This document shows positions 37,337-48,900 of a stretch of DNA of 58,275 nucleotides, piece after piece. Origin of the DNA: an uncultured bacterium. GTDB lineage: Bacteria > Fidelibacterota > UBA2242. The number at the start of each line of letters is the position of its first letter. The stretch's first letter is position 1. The position numbers and the translations under genes were made by a program. The notes under the pieces were generated by a model, which did no database searches, was not told where the DNA came from, and saw nothing but the letters and a program-made list of their open reading frames with translations. The stretch covers positions 1 through 58,275 of the forward strand of contig CAZAKB010000003.1 of the NCBI GenBank assembly GCA_964485475.1, written 5' to 3'.

Positions 37337-40300
37337 TCACTTCAGATACACCATTTTAATAGTCTTGATTATTTTTTTATCAATTATCAGATGACAAAAG
37401 TAAATGCTACTCGCCACTGAAGGACCGGGTTGAAAATTGACCGCGTAATTTCCCGCACTGTAATTTGCGTTTTCGATCTCTGCTGCTAATTTTCCATTCA
37501 GGTCAAACACAAGCAATTCCACAAATCCCGGTTTTGGCAGAGAGATGGCTATAACCGTAGAACTATTAAAGGGATTGGGATAGTTTGGCATGAGTGTATA
37601 TTCCAGGGGGATTTGAGGTTCTGAGTCATTGGTTCCCGATGGGAAATTAGACTCGCCCGGATTGCCGTGGTTTTGCGAAAACGTCCAGTTTTCCGGTAAA
37701 CTGTTATCCAGATCGGGATTTTTCAATATCAGGGTCACACCGGATCCATTCGGTTCCGATGGCCAAGGTGTGACGCTGTTAAAATTGACTGAATCTACCA
37801 GAGCACCGCTGGCATCATACAATCGCACGATTTCCCCGCTTTTACCGAGACCAAAATCAAAATCGCCCAGCACATTACTTATTTCGGGCTGAAAATTATG
37901 AAAATCCGCATACACATTGGTCAATACAATGAATGCTTGCGGCGCCATCTGAAAAGCTTCCGGAAATTCGAACACATGATCATCCTCAGAATCCTTGAAT
38001 ATCCAATGACCCATATCAACTGTAACATTCGAATTGTTAAAAATCTCTACCCAGTCACCGGTATCAAAATCATCGGCAGATTTGTAATTGATTTCGTTAA
38101 TCACAATCGCGTCAGCCGCCGAACCAGTTATTGAGAAATTACAATTTATGGTCATGTTCCCGTATAGAATAAAATCTTCCGGCTCAATGTCCGGACTTTC
38201 AAGGTCTCCTCCCCACCTATCAAACATATAGCCGGGTTTAGGAACGGCTTCTATTTTGAGAGGAATACCTTTGAAATAATTACCCCGCCAACTGGTATCC
38301 TCAATATCAATGGTGTTTAGCCGGATAATTCCACTGTTTTCCGGGTTAATATTCAGCGTCAGAACTGCCGCGCCCTGCAGAGAAAAACTTGTATAAAGAT
38401 GTGATATACAATAGATACTGCGGTATCTCCCGAACAGCTGCATTTTGCTGAGATTAGCGTACCAGTTATTCATCGAGCCGATGTCCGGCCATTTGGCGAT
38501 GTGGCCGGGCATTTCATTAACGATTCTATTTTTGGCTTCATTGAGTTTTTCCTCGACCCTTTTGGCCGTAAACCGGGTGTTCAGCATATCGCAGAAACAG
38601 TTGACGAACTCATTTTTAAAACCGTCATTTTCCAGCAATTTTCGCAAAAAAAGTGTTGACCACGGCGGATTCGGCCAGTCCGGACCATTGGGTTCCAAAG
38701 CAAATTCCAAAGTATTGAATTTGTAGCGGTCATCATTTTCATAAAGGCCAAACCCAAAATCTGTATCGAACAATATCCAACGCCATTTGCCCGAATTGGA
38801 TTTTTCGCGCCAATACTTGATATTATTGCCCGGCCAATCAGTATTGTCAAAATAGATTTCCGCAATATAATACTGCATAAAATTCAACATATCAATCCGG
38901 TTCTTGACATACTCGTAATTTTCTGTCAGACTCAGGTCATTTTCATTGATAAAATTATACAAATGCCACCATTCATCGGCATCGCCGTCGTTCACGGTTC
39001 CAAAGGATTCCAGCAAATCAATATTATCCGGATCAACATTATAGTGAGAAGCAACATAATGCTCGTTCAGTTTTTCGCGGATATTATGGATGCCCCAGTA
39101 TTCGCCATTAATGTACACTACGGCGGGTCGGTAGGCCTGATCATCAATAGTCGTTCCTTCGATCAAACTCTGCATGAAGCCGTCCCGCAGCATGGTGAAT
39201 TCAAAATCATTGGCCGAATTGCGCAAAACAATATTTTCGAAAGTATAAATCATGCGGTCTGGAAACACCTGGTAATCAATCTGTGAGGCGCCATATTTTT
39301 TACGGGCATAAATTGCCAAGGATTTTTGGGGTTTCGACCGACTCCAGCCGCCGAATATTTTGATTCCCGCATCAATCGCAAAACCCAGACTGCCGTCAGG
39401 TTCATATAGTTCTACATGCACCGGCCTTTCCCAGTCTTCCCAGAAATTGGCACCAAAATAGGGAATATCAGGTGAATAGTCAGTTCCAAAAACATAGATA
39501 CCGCTGTCCGGATCCCAGAGGTTTGTCGGATTTGTTGCCAGAGCGACCACCGGCAGATCATGGCTCTGACCAATAATAAAAGTACGGGTCGAGATTTTAC
39601 CAGGCAGTGCGTTCGGACTAATGGATTTCGCCCGAATTACCGTTGTTTCACTCAGTGAAAGCGGAGCAATATATAGGACGGAATTTTCCGTTGGTTCTGT
39701 GCAATCCAGGGTGTAATATACAGGAAATTTCTCATCTTCAAGAGATAAGGCTACGGTGACAGACGATGGATAAAAACCACCTGACTGATCGAAAATTACG
39801 GTTGGAGAAATGTTTGAAAAGCCAGATGTCGAATTAGTCTTCCCGGGAGTCGGTTCATCAAATAATAGCCAGTCTTCTCCACCATCCGGCTGACGCCCAC
39901 GGGAAATATCTGCAGGAATGGCACCTGTTACCAAATGATCAAGAATAATCCCGTCCCGATGAGTCAATAATAGATCTTCTCCGTCGGCACTAATCTTGAA
40001 ATTGGTATGCAGCGTAGCCTGATTAAATAACAATTCATCGGGAACGAAAAGATTCTCAGGCTTCGATGACATTCCCAGTGTTAAGTAGGGAATAAAGGAA
40101 AAGTCCGATGAATAGGCATTTACGTTATGAATTTCAATTGCCAGTATATTTTCACCGGTCACTAAAAGGGTAGCGATATCCTCAATGGTGAAATTCTCCG
40201 GTAGTATACCACGATAAAGCATGGCTTCATGATCTGGATCGGCATTTTGATTGTAGGCCGGTGGATTGCCTGCAAGATTGGCCCGGGCGATTTCCGTTCC

Positions 40301-40876
40301 GTTGAGATATGCCACAAAACCATCATCGTAGTCCATTGTCAAAATTCCGTTGATAATGTCATTGGGATTATTTATTTCAAAGGTTTTTCGGGCATATACA
40401 GAGATTGTACCGGTAGGAATCTGGGTGGCGTCATCACCATCACCATAACCAATACCGGTCGGGCCGGACAGCCACTGTGAATCATCATAATTGAAAGATG
40501 TCCATGAGCTTGGGGGCTGGCTTGTCCAGATTTTATATTCCCACATGTCGCCACGGCTAATGACGGTATGCTTGAATTCCTTGCGATCTTTTCCTGATGC
40601 AAAAATCAGCAGAAAACCATGCGGTTCCAGGCTAATGGAAGGCAGCGTCCACTTCATCGGCTCGTCTGCATCGTCGCTGAGTCCGTAACCGCCAGGGTCG
40701 ATGGTCACTCCTGTGGGATTGTACAATTCCAGCCAGTCGGAAAAATCACCGTCCTCGTCGGCAAGAGTAATGCTGTTGGATGACATTATTTCATTAATTA
40801 GGACAGATTGGGGATAGATATGCGTTATTAAAAGTATAATTGCAACAGAAAGTCGCAAACCTGTTTTTTTTGACAT
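37337..40876 (-). CDS. CotH kinase family protein with two lamin-tail domains, FN3-associated domain and sorting domain
   Basis: LTD VLINEIMSSN..DWLELYNP and IVINEINY..DWVEIFN; CotH VYINGEYWGIHNIREK, NTDWPGNNIKYW, WRWILFDTDFGFG; NYPNPFN. Start 40876-40906. Confidence 0.9.
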   Translation of the reverse strand: MSKKTGLRLSVAIILLITHIYPQSVLINEIMSSNSITLADEDGDFSDWLELYNPTGVTIDPGGYGLSDDADEPMKWTLPSISLEPHGFLLIFASGKDRKEFKHTVISRGDMWEYKIWTSQPPSSWTSFNYDDSQWLSGPTGIGYGDGDDATQIPTGTISVYARKTFEINNPNDIINGILTMDYDDGFVAYLNGTEIARANLAGNPPAYNQNADPDHEAMLYRGILPENFTIEDIATLLVTGENILAIEIHNVNAYSSDFSFIPYLTLGMSSKPENLFVPDELLFNQATLHTNFKISADGEDLLLTHRDGIILDHLVTGAIPADISRGRQPDGGEDWLLFDEPTPGKTNSTSGFSNISPTVIFDQSGGFYPSSVTVALSLEDEKFPVYYTLDCTEPTENSVLYIAPLSLSETTVIRAKSISPNALPGKISTRTFIIGQSHDLPVVALATNPTNLWDPDSGIYVFGTDYSPDIPYFGANFWEDWERPVHVELYEPDGSLGFAIDAGIKIFGGWSRSKPQKSLAIYARKKYGASQIDYQVFPDRMIYTFENIVLRNSANDFEFTMLRDGFMQSLIEGTTIDDQAYRPAVVYINGEYWGIHNIREKLNEHYVASHYNVDPDNIDLLESFGTVNDGDADEWWHLYNFINENDLSLTENYEYVKNRIDMLNFMQYYIAEIYFDNTDWPGNNIKYWREKSNSGKWRWILFDTDFGFGLYENDDRYKFNTLEFALEPNGPDWPNPPWSTLFLRKLLENDGFKNEFVNCFCDMLNTRFTAKRVEEKLNEAKNRIVNEMPGHIAKWPDIGSMNNWYANLSKMQLFGRYRSIYCISHLYTSFSLQGAAVLTLNINPENSGIIRLNTIDIEDTSWRGNYFKGIPLKIEAVPKPGYMFDRWGGDLESPDIEPEDFILYGNMTINCNFSITGSAADAIVINEINYKSADDFDTGDWVEIFNNSNVTVDMGHWIFKDSEDDHVFEFPEAFQMAPQAFIVLTNVYADFHNFQPEISNVLGDFDFGLGKSGEIVRLYDASGALVDSVNFNSVTPWPSEPNGSGVTLILKNPDLDNSLPENWTFSQNHGNPGESNFPSGTNDSEPQIPLEYTLMPNYPNPFNSSTVIAISLPKPGFVELLVFDLNGKLAAEIENANYSAGNYAVNFQPGPSVASSIYFCHLIIDKKIIKTIKMVYLK

Positions 40877-40907
40877 AATTTCCGCTATGGGCATATGCAT
40901 TTTCACA

Positions 40908-41939
40908 TTATTTCAGTGCACTAAATTCTGCTTTGTTTCTTTTGATTATTTCGGATTTGATAAATTTTCCTGATTCTGTGAGTTTATCCTCAATCCAGCC
41001 GCCGTTTTCATCTGCCCTATCCTTCAAAACTGCATCGCCCTCGTCCTTGTCGGCTACAGACCACTTACACCAACTTATCTTATACTGGTCCATAAAGTTT
41101 AACCAGGCCCCACTGGATAGGTAATCGACGTCTCCATCGCCGGTATATTCACACACACCGAATTCGCTGACAAAAATCGCATAACCTCTGTTCATAGCGG
41201 TAATGGCCTTATCGCGCAGTTCTTGCTTGTGTGAAGCGGCATAAAAATGCATTGCATAGACAACATTTTCATCATTAATAGGATCTGCAGTGGCAACATC
41301 CACATCCTGGGACCAGGTTGGTGATCCAACGATAATGATATTGTCGCAGTCCACAGCCCGGATTTCTGCAATTACAGATTCGGCATAGGGTTTAACATCG
41401 TCGCGCCAGGATATTTTTTCAGGCTCGTTATAAATTTCGTAAATGATATTCGGTTTGCTGCCGTAAAGGGTCGCTATTTGTCGGAAGAAGTTTTTCGCCG
41501 CATCCGAATGCAGATGGGCGTTATGATCGTGCCAATCAATGATAACATAAATTCCCAGATCTATGCAGGCGTCAATAACGGTCCGGATTTTTGCCATTTC
41601 CACAGCGGGATTTTCAAGATAACCATCGGATTCAATGCCCATCGCCGCCCGGATAACATTGCAGCTCCAGTCATCCCGCAGCCATTTGATGCAGTCTTTA
41701 TTGTAATATTTGCCCATCCATTGACTCCAGAAAAAAGACATGCCGTGCAATACAACCGGGTCGCCGTTTTGATCGATAATCCTGGTACCGTTGACCTCCA
41801 ATTGCCCGTGCAATCCGGCAACCGTGCCGGGTAAGTTTTCATTATTGTCTGATTCAGTTGAACCGGCACAGGCGGTGAAGCCAATGATCAATGAAATAGC
41901 GAGAAATTTTCGCAGAATTATTTTACCAGAATTCTTCAT
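40908..41939 (-). CDS. GH5_2 endoglucanase (cellulase), probable lipoprotein
   Basis: HGQLEVNG, LHGMSFFWS, YVIIDWHDH, IYEIYNEP, WSQDVD, HFYAASH and FVSEFG motifs; FTAC lipobox. Confidence 0.93.
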   Translation of the reverse strand: MKNSGKIILRKFLAISLIIGFTACAGSTESDNNENLPGTVAGLHGQLEVNGTRIIDQNGDPVVLHGMSFFWSQWMGKYYNKDCIKWLRDDWSCNVIRAAMGIESDGYLENPAVEMAKIRTVIDACIDLGIYVIIDWHDHNAHLHSDAAKNFFRQIATLYGSKPNIIYEIYNEPEKISWRDDVKPYAESVIAEIRAVDCDNIIIVGSPTWSQDVDVATADPINDENVVYAMHFYAASHKQELRDKAITAMNRGYAIFVSEFGVCEYTGDGDVDYLSSGAWLNFMDQYKISWCKWSVADKDEGDAVLKDRADENGGWIEDKLTESGKFIKSEIIKRNKAEFSALK

Positions 41940-41952
41940 AGTGTTACTTCTT

Positions 41953-44427
41953 TTATTTCAGTATAAAATTTCCCCTGAGGCGAATATCTCGGGAAGATGA
42001 TCCAACGAAAATCGTGAATTTCCCCGGTTCCGCTTTCCATGAATCGGTGCAGACATCCCAGAATTTCATTGCATCGTGGGAAAGATTTAACGCGACTTCT
42101 TTTTCCTCGCCTGCTTTCAGGAAGACCTTGGCATAGCTTTTCAGTTCCTTCACTGGCCGGATTACACTGGCCTGATTGTCGCCCAGATAGAGCTGAACCA
42201 CTTCCGCGCCATTCACTGGGCCGGTGTTTTTCACTTTTAATGAAACCGTTACAGCCTCGTTTGGATGTACGGTTTTGGTCAGTTTCAAATCACCGTATTC
42301 AAAGTTCGTATAGCTCAGTCCGTGACCGAATGGAAAAAGCGGTGCGATATTGTTTTTGTCATAATGACGGTAGCCGACAAAAATTCCTTCTTCATAATTG
42401 AGTTCATCATCTTCGCCAGGATAATTATTGATTGTAGGAAGATCCGTTTCCTTATTAAAAAAGGTAGTGACCAGTTTACCTGAGGGATTGACATTACCCA
42501 GCAGAATATCGGCAATAGCGTTGCCACCTTCTTCGCCCGGATACCAGGCCTGCACAATTGCCGGCGCGTCAGCCGCCCAGTCATTCATCAAAATACCGGC
42601 GCCGCTGTTTAAAACCACAGCCAGGTTTTTATTCGCAGCTTTTATTTTTTTTATCAATGCAACCTGTTCATCTGAAAGAGCGTTTGAATTGCGATCAAAA
42701 CCTTCGGACTCATCGCGATCAGTAAAGCCTACGAAAAGCACAACCGCGTCGGCTTCCTGTGCTAGCTTAACCGCTTCGTCAAGGGGCGGCTTTCCAACTT
42801 TCTGCCATTGCAGGATCACACCAGCGTCGCCGCCGTGTTCATAAAAATCAATCCGGATTTCTGCCGGTTTGTCCTTTTTCAAGTCCACCGTCGCCACTCT
42901 GGTTCCCATGGCATGGTCGCCCCAGTTATCGACGACCATTTCCCCGTCGATGTAAAGCCGCGTACCATCGTCACTGGTGGTTCCCAGCAGATATTTGCCG
43001 CTTTCCGGAACCGTGAGTTTACCGGTCCAGCGAATGGAAAAATAGTTGATTTTGAAATGATCCGGACCTTTTGGGCCCCAGTTGTAATTCAGAGTTTTAT
43101 CGATGCGTTTTTCCACCGAATCACCGCTGAATTCGGCATTGTTAAAATATTCGCCCAGCAGGCCGGATTTGCCACAGGGCGTCTGCAGATATTCTTCAGG
43201 AATGGGTTTCAAATCACTGTCCACGATCATTCCCGGTGAATAGGTGATGCTGATGCCACCGGCTTTTTGGGTCAGTGCTTTGTCTGGACTGGTTGGATTA
43301 ATAGGTTCGACCCGGGAGCTGCCACCGCCACCGGTACGCAATATACCGGCATTGGGACCGATAACCGCAAGGCTTTTAATTTTTTCTTTTGTAAATGGCA
43401 ATAAGTTTCCCTCATTCTTCAGCAATACCATTCCGCCAGCCGCGACATCATAAGCAACTTTTATATTTTCATCGGAGTGCAGCGCTCCACCAGCGGGAAT
43501 TTCGTTTTCAAAAAGACCCATGGCAAATATTGCCCGCAGCATGCGGCGGATTTTGTCATCCACTTTGGTAATTTTCATTCGGCCTTCGTGGATCGCCTGT
43601 ATGACATTTTCCACACTCATATAACGTCCGTTAGGCATTTCGATATCCAGACCAGCGTACATAGTGGGGACTACGCTGTGCACGGCACCCCAATCGGACA
43701 TGACAAAGCCTTTGAAGCCCCAGGTGTCCTTCAGCAGGTTTTGCAGCAGCCAAGTATTAGAACTGGCATATTGGCCATTTAGACGGTTGTAAGATGACAT
43801 GATCGCCCAGGTGTGACCTTCCTGAACAGCGGCTTTGAAAGCAGGCAGATAAATTTCGTGAAGCGTTCTTTCATCCACACGGGAGTCCATGCTGCTTCTC
43901 TCAAATTCCTGGTTGTTACAGGCGAAATGCTTGGTGGTGGCGATGACATTTTCGCTCTGCAAGCCCTTGATAAAGGCAACGGCGGTACTGGCGGCAAGAT
44001 AGGGATCTTCGCCGTAACTTTCGAAATTTCTGCCCGCCCGGGGATCGCGGTGAATATTGACGCAGGGTCCGAGCAGCACATTGCGGCCCTGAGCCTTGGT
44101 TTCCCTTCCCAGTGCCTGGCCCAGTTGATAAATCAGCGACGTGTCCCAGGTGGCGGCGATGCAGACACCGACGGGAAAGGCGGTGGACTTCCCCCAGCGC
44201 ACGCCATTGGGACCGTCGGTCATCCGCAACACAGGAATACCCAGCCGCGGCAGCGGCTTACTGTCAAAGGAGGTGGTATCACCGCCCAGCATTGCGACTT
44301 TTTCCTTGAGCGTCATTTGGTTGATGATTTTGTTAATTTTCTGTTCAATAAGCGAATCAAGATCACCAGCGAAAACGCTGTTCATCAGCAGTATCACGGT
44401 CAGCATCATGAATATTTTTCTGGACAT
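41953..44427 (-). CDS. GH3 beta-glucosidase with PA14 domain
   Basis: TDGPNGVR, GRNFESYGEDP, KHFACNNQE and FVMSDW motifs; PA14 FSIRWTG..SDDGTRLYIDG; FN3-like C-terminus. ATG 44427 follows GGAGG. Confidence 0.93.
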   Translation of the reverse strand: MSRKIFMMLTVILLMNSVFAGDLDSLIEQKINKIINQMTLKEKVAMLGGDTTSFDSKPLPRLGIPVLRMTDGPNGVRWGKSTAFPVGVCIAATWDTSLIYQLGQALGRETKAQGRNVLLGPCVNIHRDPRAGRNFESYGEDPYLAASTAVAFIKGLQSENVIATTKHFACNNQEFERSSMDSRVDERTLHEIYLPAFKAAVQEGHTWAIMSSYNRLNGQYASSNTWLLQNLLKDTWGFKGFVMSDWGAVHSVVPTMYAGLDIEMPNGRYMSVENVIQAIHEGRMKITKVDDKIRRMLRAIFAMGLFENEIPAGGALHSDENIKVAYDVAAGGMVLLKNEGNLLPFTKEKIKSLAVIGPNAGILRTGGGGSSRVEPINPTSPDKALTQKAGGISITYSPGMIVDSDLKPIPEEYLQTPCGKSGLLGEYFNNAEFSGDSVEKRIDKTLNYNWGPKGPDHFKINYFSIRWTGKLTVPESGKYLLGTTSDDGTRLYIDGEMVVDNWGDHAMGTRVATVDLKKDKPAEIRIDFYEHGGDAGVILQWQKVGKPPLDEAVKLAQEADAVVLFVGFTDRDESEGFDRNSNALSDEQVALIKKIKAANKNLAVVLNSGAGILMNDWAADAPAIVQAWYPGEEGGNAIADILLGNVNPSGKLVTTFFNKETDLPTINNYPGEDDELNYEEGIFVGYRHYDKNNIAPLFPFGHGLSYTNFEYGDLKLTKTVHPNEAVTVSLKVKNTGPVNGAEVVQLYLGDNQASVIRPVKELKSYAKVFLKAGEEKEVALNLSHDAMKFWDVCTDSWKAEPGKFTIFVGSSSRDIRLRGNFILK

Positions 44428-44529
44428 TGATCCTCCCATAAAATTGTTATTCTTTTAAAAATCCTTGTTCGATTATTGAATTATTATGATAATTCACTGC
44501 GCTTTTTAAATCCATTGCAGTAAAAACCC

Positions 44530-45897
44530 TCATTCATTTTTAACCGGCGGTACCAGCATATCCTGATGCAGCAATTCATAGTCACCATTATAGGTTTTTA
44601 TGATGGGATTGCCGCCCCGTGTCAGGTTTTTAAAAACTCCTTTATCCACCAGATTCCAAAGCGGAAATTTCGCTTTACCGTCAACAGCAAATATTCCGAA
44701 ATGAGATTCGGCGCCCATTTTTCCGCCTTTCCAGGGCTCATCAAAAGCTTCAAAGAAAAAACAGGATACATTATTCTCAAAACACCACCGGTTCATTGCG
44801 TCATAATACATTTTCAATTTTATTTCATCAGTGACACCGGAACCTGGAGTTGTGTAAATTTTATCATCCACGGTCGCCCAGCCGGTTTCGCCGATATGAA
44901 TGGGTTTAACATCGCCGATTTCGTGAACATAGCTTTTCACCAATTTGTACTGATTCACAGCGTACTGAAACGCAGCGGTCATGCTTTGGGTCACTTTTTC
45001 GTCATCGGATTTATCAGCATCATCTTTGGCGATTTGCCAGAAATCGGGATTGTAGTGTGAGTCATGAAAAGGATAGGTGTGTATGGAGATATAATCAACT
45101 TCCTGGATTAATTGAATCAAATCTTCGTTCCGGTAACCTTCTTCTGCGCCCCAGACTGCGAAATTATCGGAGGAGGTCAGCAGTACATGTTCAGGCAGCA
45201 GATATCCATTGACCGGTGTTGCTTTGGCGGCTTTGGCATAGCGGACCCATTTCAGAATGATATCGGCATTGACCCAGTGGGCCTGCCATTTTACCATGGC
45301 CTCATTGCCTACAGCAATGATTTTCACGATATTAGGATAGAGGGCCGCCAATTCTATGGCTTTGTCCATTTCCGCTTTATTCGTAGTATTATCTTCAACG
45401 CTATGATCGACATTTTCCGTATAGGCTCCGGTACACTGAATCCAGGCACCCAGCATGACGTACATTTCAAAATTCTTGTCTTCCATTTTTAATTGATGAA
45501 TGGCTTCCAGCAATCGCGGTGCATGATAATAAAGTTGCGTGTCGTACGTGCGCAGCAGTTTCACTCCCATCGCTGCCATGATCCGCATGTCTTCCTTCAG
45601 TTCCACAATGGTTGGACAATAATCGATCATATCCGACAATCCGTTGCCCCGGGTGTCTTTGCGGTAGCCAGAAAAGGAAATAGCCTGATACTTTATATTC
45701 CCAAGTAACAGCTGGCCGTTGTCGAGAAAAACATTATTGTTTGCCACAGTCTGGATACATTTCACCCATTCGTCACCTAGATAATTATTCTTGATGACAT
45801 TGTGTGAAACAAACAATTCAGTGTTGTTTTTCCCGCAATTAACCATGGTCAACATAAGTATCAGAACAATAGCACCCCGAATGGATAATGGTTTCAT
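44530..45897 (-). CDS. GH17 beta-1,3-glucanase/glucosidase, probable lipoprotein
   Basis: AISFSGYR, LLRTY, IIAVGNEAM, SIHTYPFH, HIGETGW and FFFEAFDEPWK motifs; MVNC lipobox. Confidence 0.88.
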   Translation of the reverse strand: MKPLSIRGAIVLILMLTMVNCGKNNTELFVSHNVIKNNYLGDEWVKCIQTVANNNVFLDNGQLLLGNIKYQAISFSGYRKDTRGNGLSDMIDYCPTIVELKEDMRIMAAMGVKLLRTYDTQLYYHAPRLLEAIHQLKMEDKNFEMYVMLGAWIQCTGAYTENVDHSVEDNTTNKAEMDKAIELAALYPNIVKIIAVGNEAMVKWQAHWVNADIILKWVRYAKAAKATPVNGYLLPEHVLLTSSDNFAVWGAEEGYRNEDLIQLIQEVDYISIHTYPFHDSHYNPDFWQIAKDDADKSDDEKVTQSMTAAFQYAVNQYKLVKSYVHEIGDVKPIHIGETGWATVDDKIYTTPGSGVTDEIKLKMYYDAMNRWCFENNVSCFFFEAFDEPWKGGKMGAESHFGIFAVDGKAKFPLWNLVDKGVFKNLTRGGNPIIKTYNGDYELLHQDMLVPPVKNE

Positions 45898-45947
45898 TTT
45901 ACTACCTCTTTCACTTCTCCTCGCCGGAATCTGAACATTCTGACGGT

Positions 45948-48900
45948 TTATAGTTTGATCATTACCTCAATTCTAATAACCTCACCACTTCGGCTGAAGA
46001 CCAGGGCTGATGTATCTTTGTCAAGGAACAAAGAGGGGAATGTTTTTACCGACCCTTTTTTAACATACACTCTGACTTTTTCAGTTCGGGTAAGTTTATA
46101 AACGACGGGAACCTGCGCGATGGTAAAGGCCAGAGAATTTTTTTCCAGTGAAAGTGTCGCCTTTTCCCCGGCGTGATTATAATACTGAAATTCTCCAGCT
46201 CCGGTTAAGAATTCTTTTTTGTCCAACAAGCCAACGGCAAAGGAAAGTTCACCGTTTTTCACAACGATGCCCAGTTCACCGAACCGAGAAATCACATCTT
46301 CCTTTACCTGGCCGGTCATTCCCGGTTGCTGAACGCCACAGTGTCCCGGTGTATGGGAATAGGGGTCCGTCGGGAATGCGCCATAATCGGCAGGGTTTTT
46401 ATGAAATCCGATGCCTGCCCGGATTTTATAATAAAAATCACGAATCTCTGTGATTTCAGTTTCCGTGGCGCCGGAATTCACGGCCATATAGAAATTTTCC
46501 TGTACCGACAGCAACAGTTTCGAAACCATGTGCCAATAGATGCTACCTAATCCTTCATATTTGTAAAAGGTTCCTGAGCGACCGGTGAAGGACTGATGAT
46601 CGAAAACTGCTTCATAAATATCCAGAATTTTTGTTTTATCTTTCGGGCTGATATTTTTTCTGTCCAGAGCTTCGTCCAATAATTTCGCATTGCGGAAACT
46701 TTTATGAAAATGCACATCGCCATTGACATCTTTCAGGACGATGTCCCGGTCCTTTGCCGCAATGAGTTTATTGATCAATAAGGAGGTTTCCAGTAATTGT
46801 GGTGGAATGATGTTTTTTTCAGTGAAGTGTGCCAACTGTCTGTCTGGATAAAGAATGTAACTGTTCTGATCTTTGCGGTAAAGCGGGCTCTTTTCTAGCG
46901 ACCGCAACAGGTTCAAGGCTTGTTTTGTTGAAAGGTATCCGCTGCTGAGTGCTGCGACCTGGCCTTCAAGCATTTCATAAAGATGGCGGATGGATATTTC
47001 ATTCTCTTTCAAAGTGATGAGATTGTAGGTTTGAAAGAGATCATCGGTGCGTTTATTGGCAGCGATGGAATGGTCAATGTATTTTAACGTAATTATTAGA
47101 AAAGCCGCCAACTGACTGGCACTAATGTTTTCAAAATTTCCGCTGAAACCACCAGTGTAAATTGTTTGGCGATGTTTGGTTCCAGCCGTTGACAATTGGT
47201 CTGTAAGATCTTTCCGATTCTTGTCAGAGATTGTGGATAAGAGCAGCCCAAGATTGTTTTTAAAAATACCCTCAATTTCTGTGAATAGTTGCGCTACCGT
47301 TCCGGATATTTCAAAATTTTCATCGCCGGCGTCAGTGAAGAGATCAATGGCAAAGCTGATATACCGTCGCAGGTAGTACAGCGTCACCATTGAAGCACCG
47401 TTGCCAACAAGAGCGTTGTTAGCATCGTTCCATTCGGGCCTCTGTGTGTTCATCCAGATTCCAGCTTCAGGGATAAAATTAGATAACTTTACCAGCATGG
47501 GAACCAACAGTTTTTCCGCCAGGTTCACGGTATAAATATCATCATTGGAATCGAACATGAATTTACCATCGCTGCCCAGTTCCGCGACCCGATCATTTAT
47601 TACGGCATTCAATTCACTGTCAAAATCAACAGTATTGCAAGGATCCTGCAAGATTTCCTGATAGCTTTTAATCTTATAGGGAACATTGGCATAGGTGAAG
47701 ATTTTATTTGTAAGCAGTGCCTGCAGTTTTCCCCGGTGATAGTTGCAGGAAATTTCCAGCAGTTTCTGGAGATAGATGATCTGATGGTCGCCCCAGTAAC
47801 CGATGTAGGACCATGCATCGTGGTGATCGAGTACTTCCCAGTCAAAACCGTCGCGCACCACTCTGTAGGGATTGTAGCCATCGGCAGTCGAAGCATTGAC
47901 AAACTTGGTGATCATACTCTCGATAAATTCCGGGAACGAATGGGCAAGTGCTTCCCAGTTCTGGAAAATATCGCGCCAATTTCCCTGGTAATTCAGTTTT
48001 TTGTGCCCATTGTCATCTTTAATATCGATGGAAAATGTATTCCACGGACGGCTCGGGTCACCATGACGGCGGCTGAAACTGAGTGGCAGATATTCATGGC
48101 GCAGCCGTGTGAAAACGGCGTTAGTTCCGGCAGCGGATGTCAGCAGCGCCTGAAAATCGATCTCATCGGGCATTGCTTTGATAAGGGAATCGTATTTTTC
48201 AGCGGTCTTATTATTGGCGGCCAAGATGAATTTGGTGAAATCCTTTTTGTCAATTACGTAATCATCATCAAATATACCTCCGCGCATAATATTGAACATG
48301 GTGTTGGCGCTGTGGCGGAATACATTTAGCGCATCACTGGTCAGCTGGCAGCCATCGGCTTTGGCGATTTTTAATTGCAATGCTTCTGTGCTTCTGGCAA
48401 TTGCTTTTTTCACCTCAACTGCAGGATCGTTGGAAACCAGAATTGTCCGGCAAAGGGCCGCGACTTCAGATTGGTCCTTGTTCAGATCAATGATAATGTG
48501 CCAGGTTTTAGCGACGGTTGGTGCCAGCGAGACAACGGAATTGAGAAAATAAGCGCCCCGGTTGGCCCGGATGTCGGTCTCCTGTTGCAATGTCACGCCC
48601 CGGCGGAATTTTTCCAATTGCGTTGATGACAGCAATACAATCGCGTCGTCAAGACCGGCAGACCAGGCAATGGTAGCAGTCAGGGATTCGCTGGGTTCAG
48701 CCCGGTCGACGGGAACAGAGCTGAGCATGTAGAGGCCGAGTTTTACTTTTGGAATCAGCTCGCTCTTTTTATAACCGTCCACAAGGGTGCTGTATTCCAG
48801 CTGGAATTTACGGTCGATTCCGGACGGCAGTATGTTTTGAACACCATCGAGAATTTCGATGTAAACGGTTTGTCTTCCAATATTTTTCACAGTAGATTTT

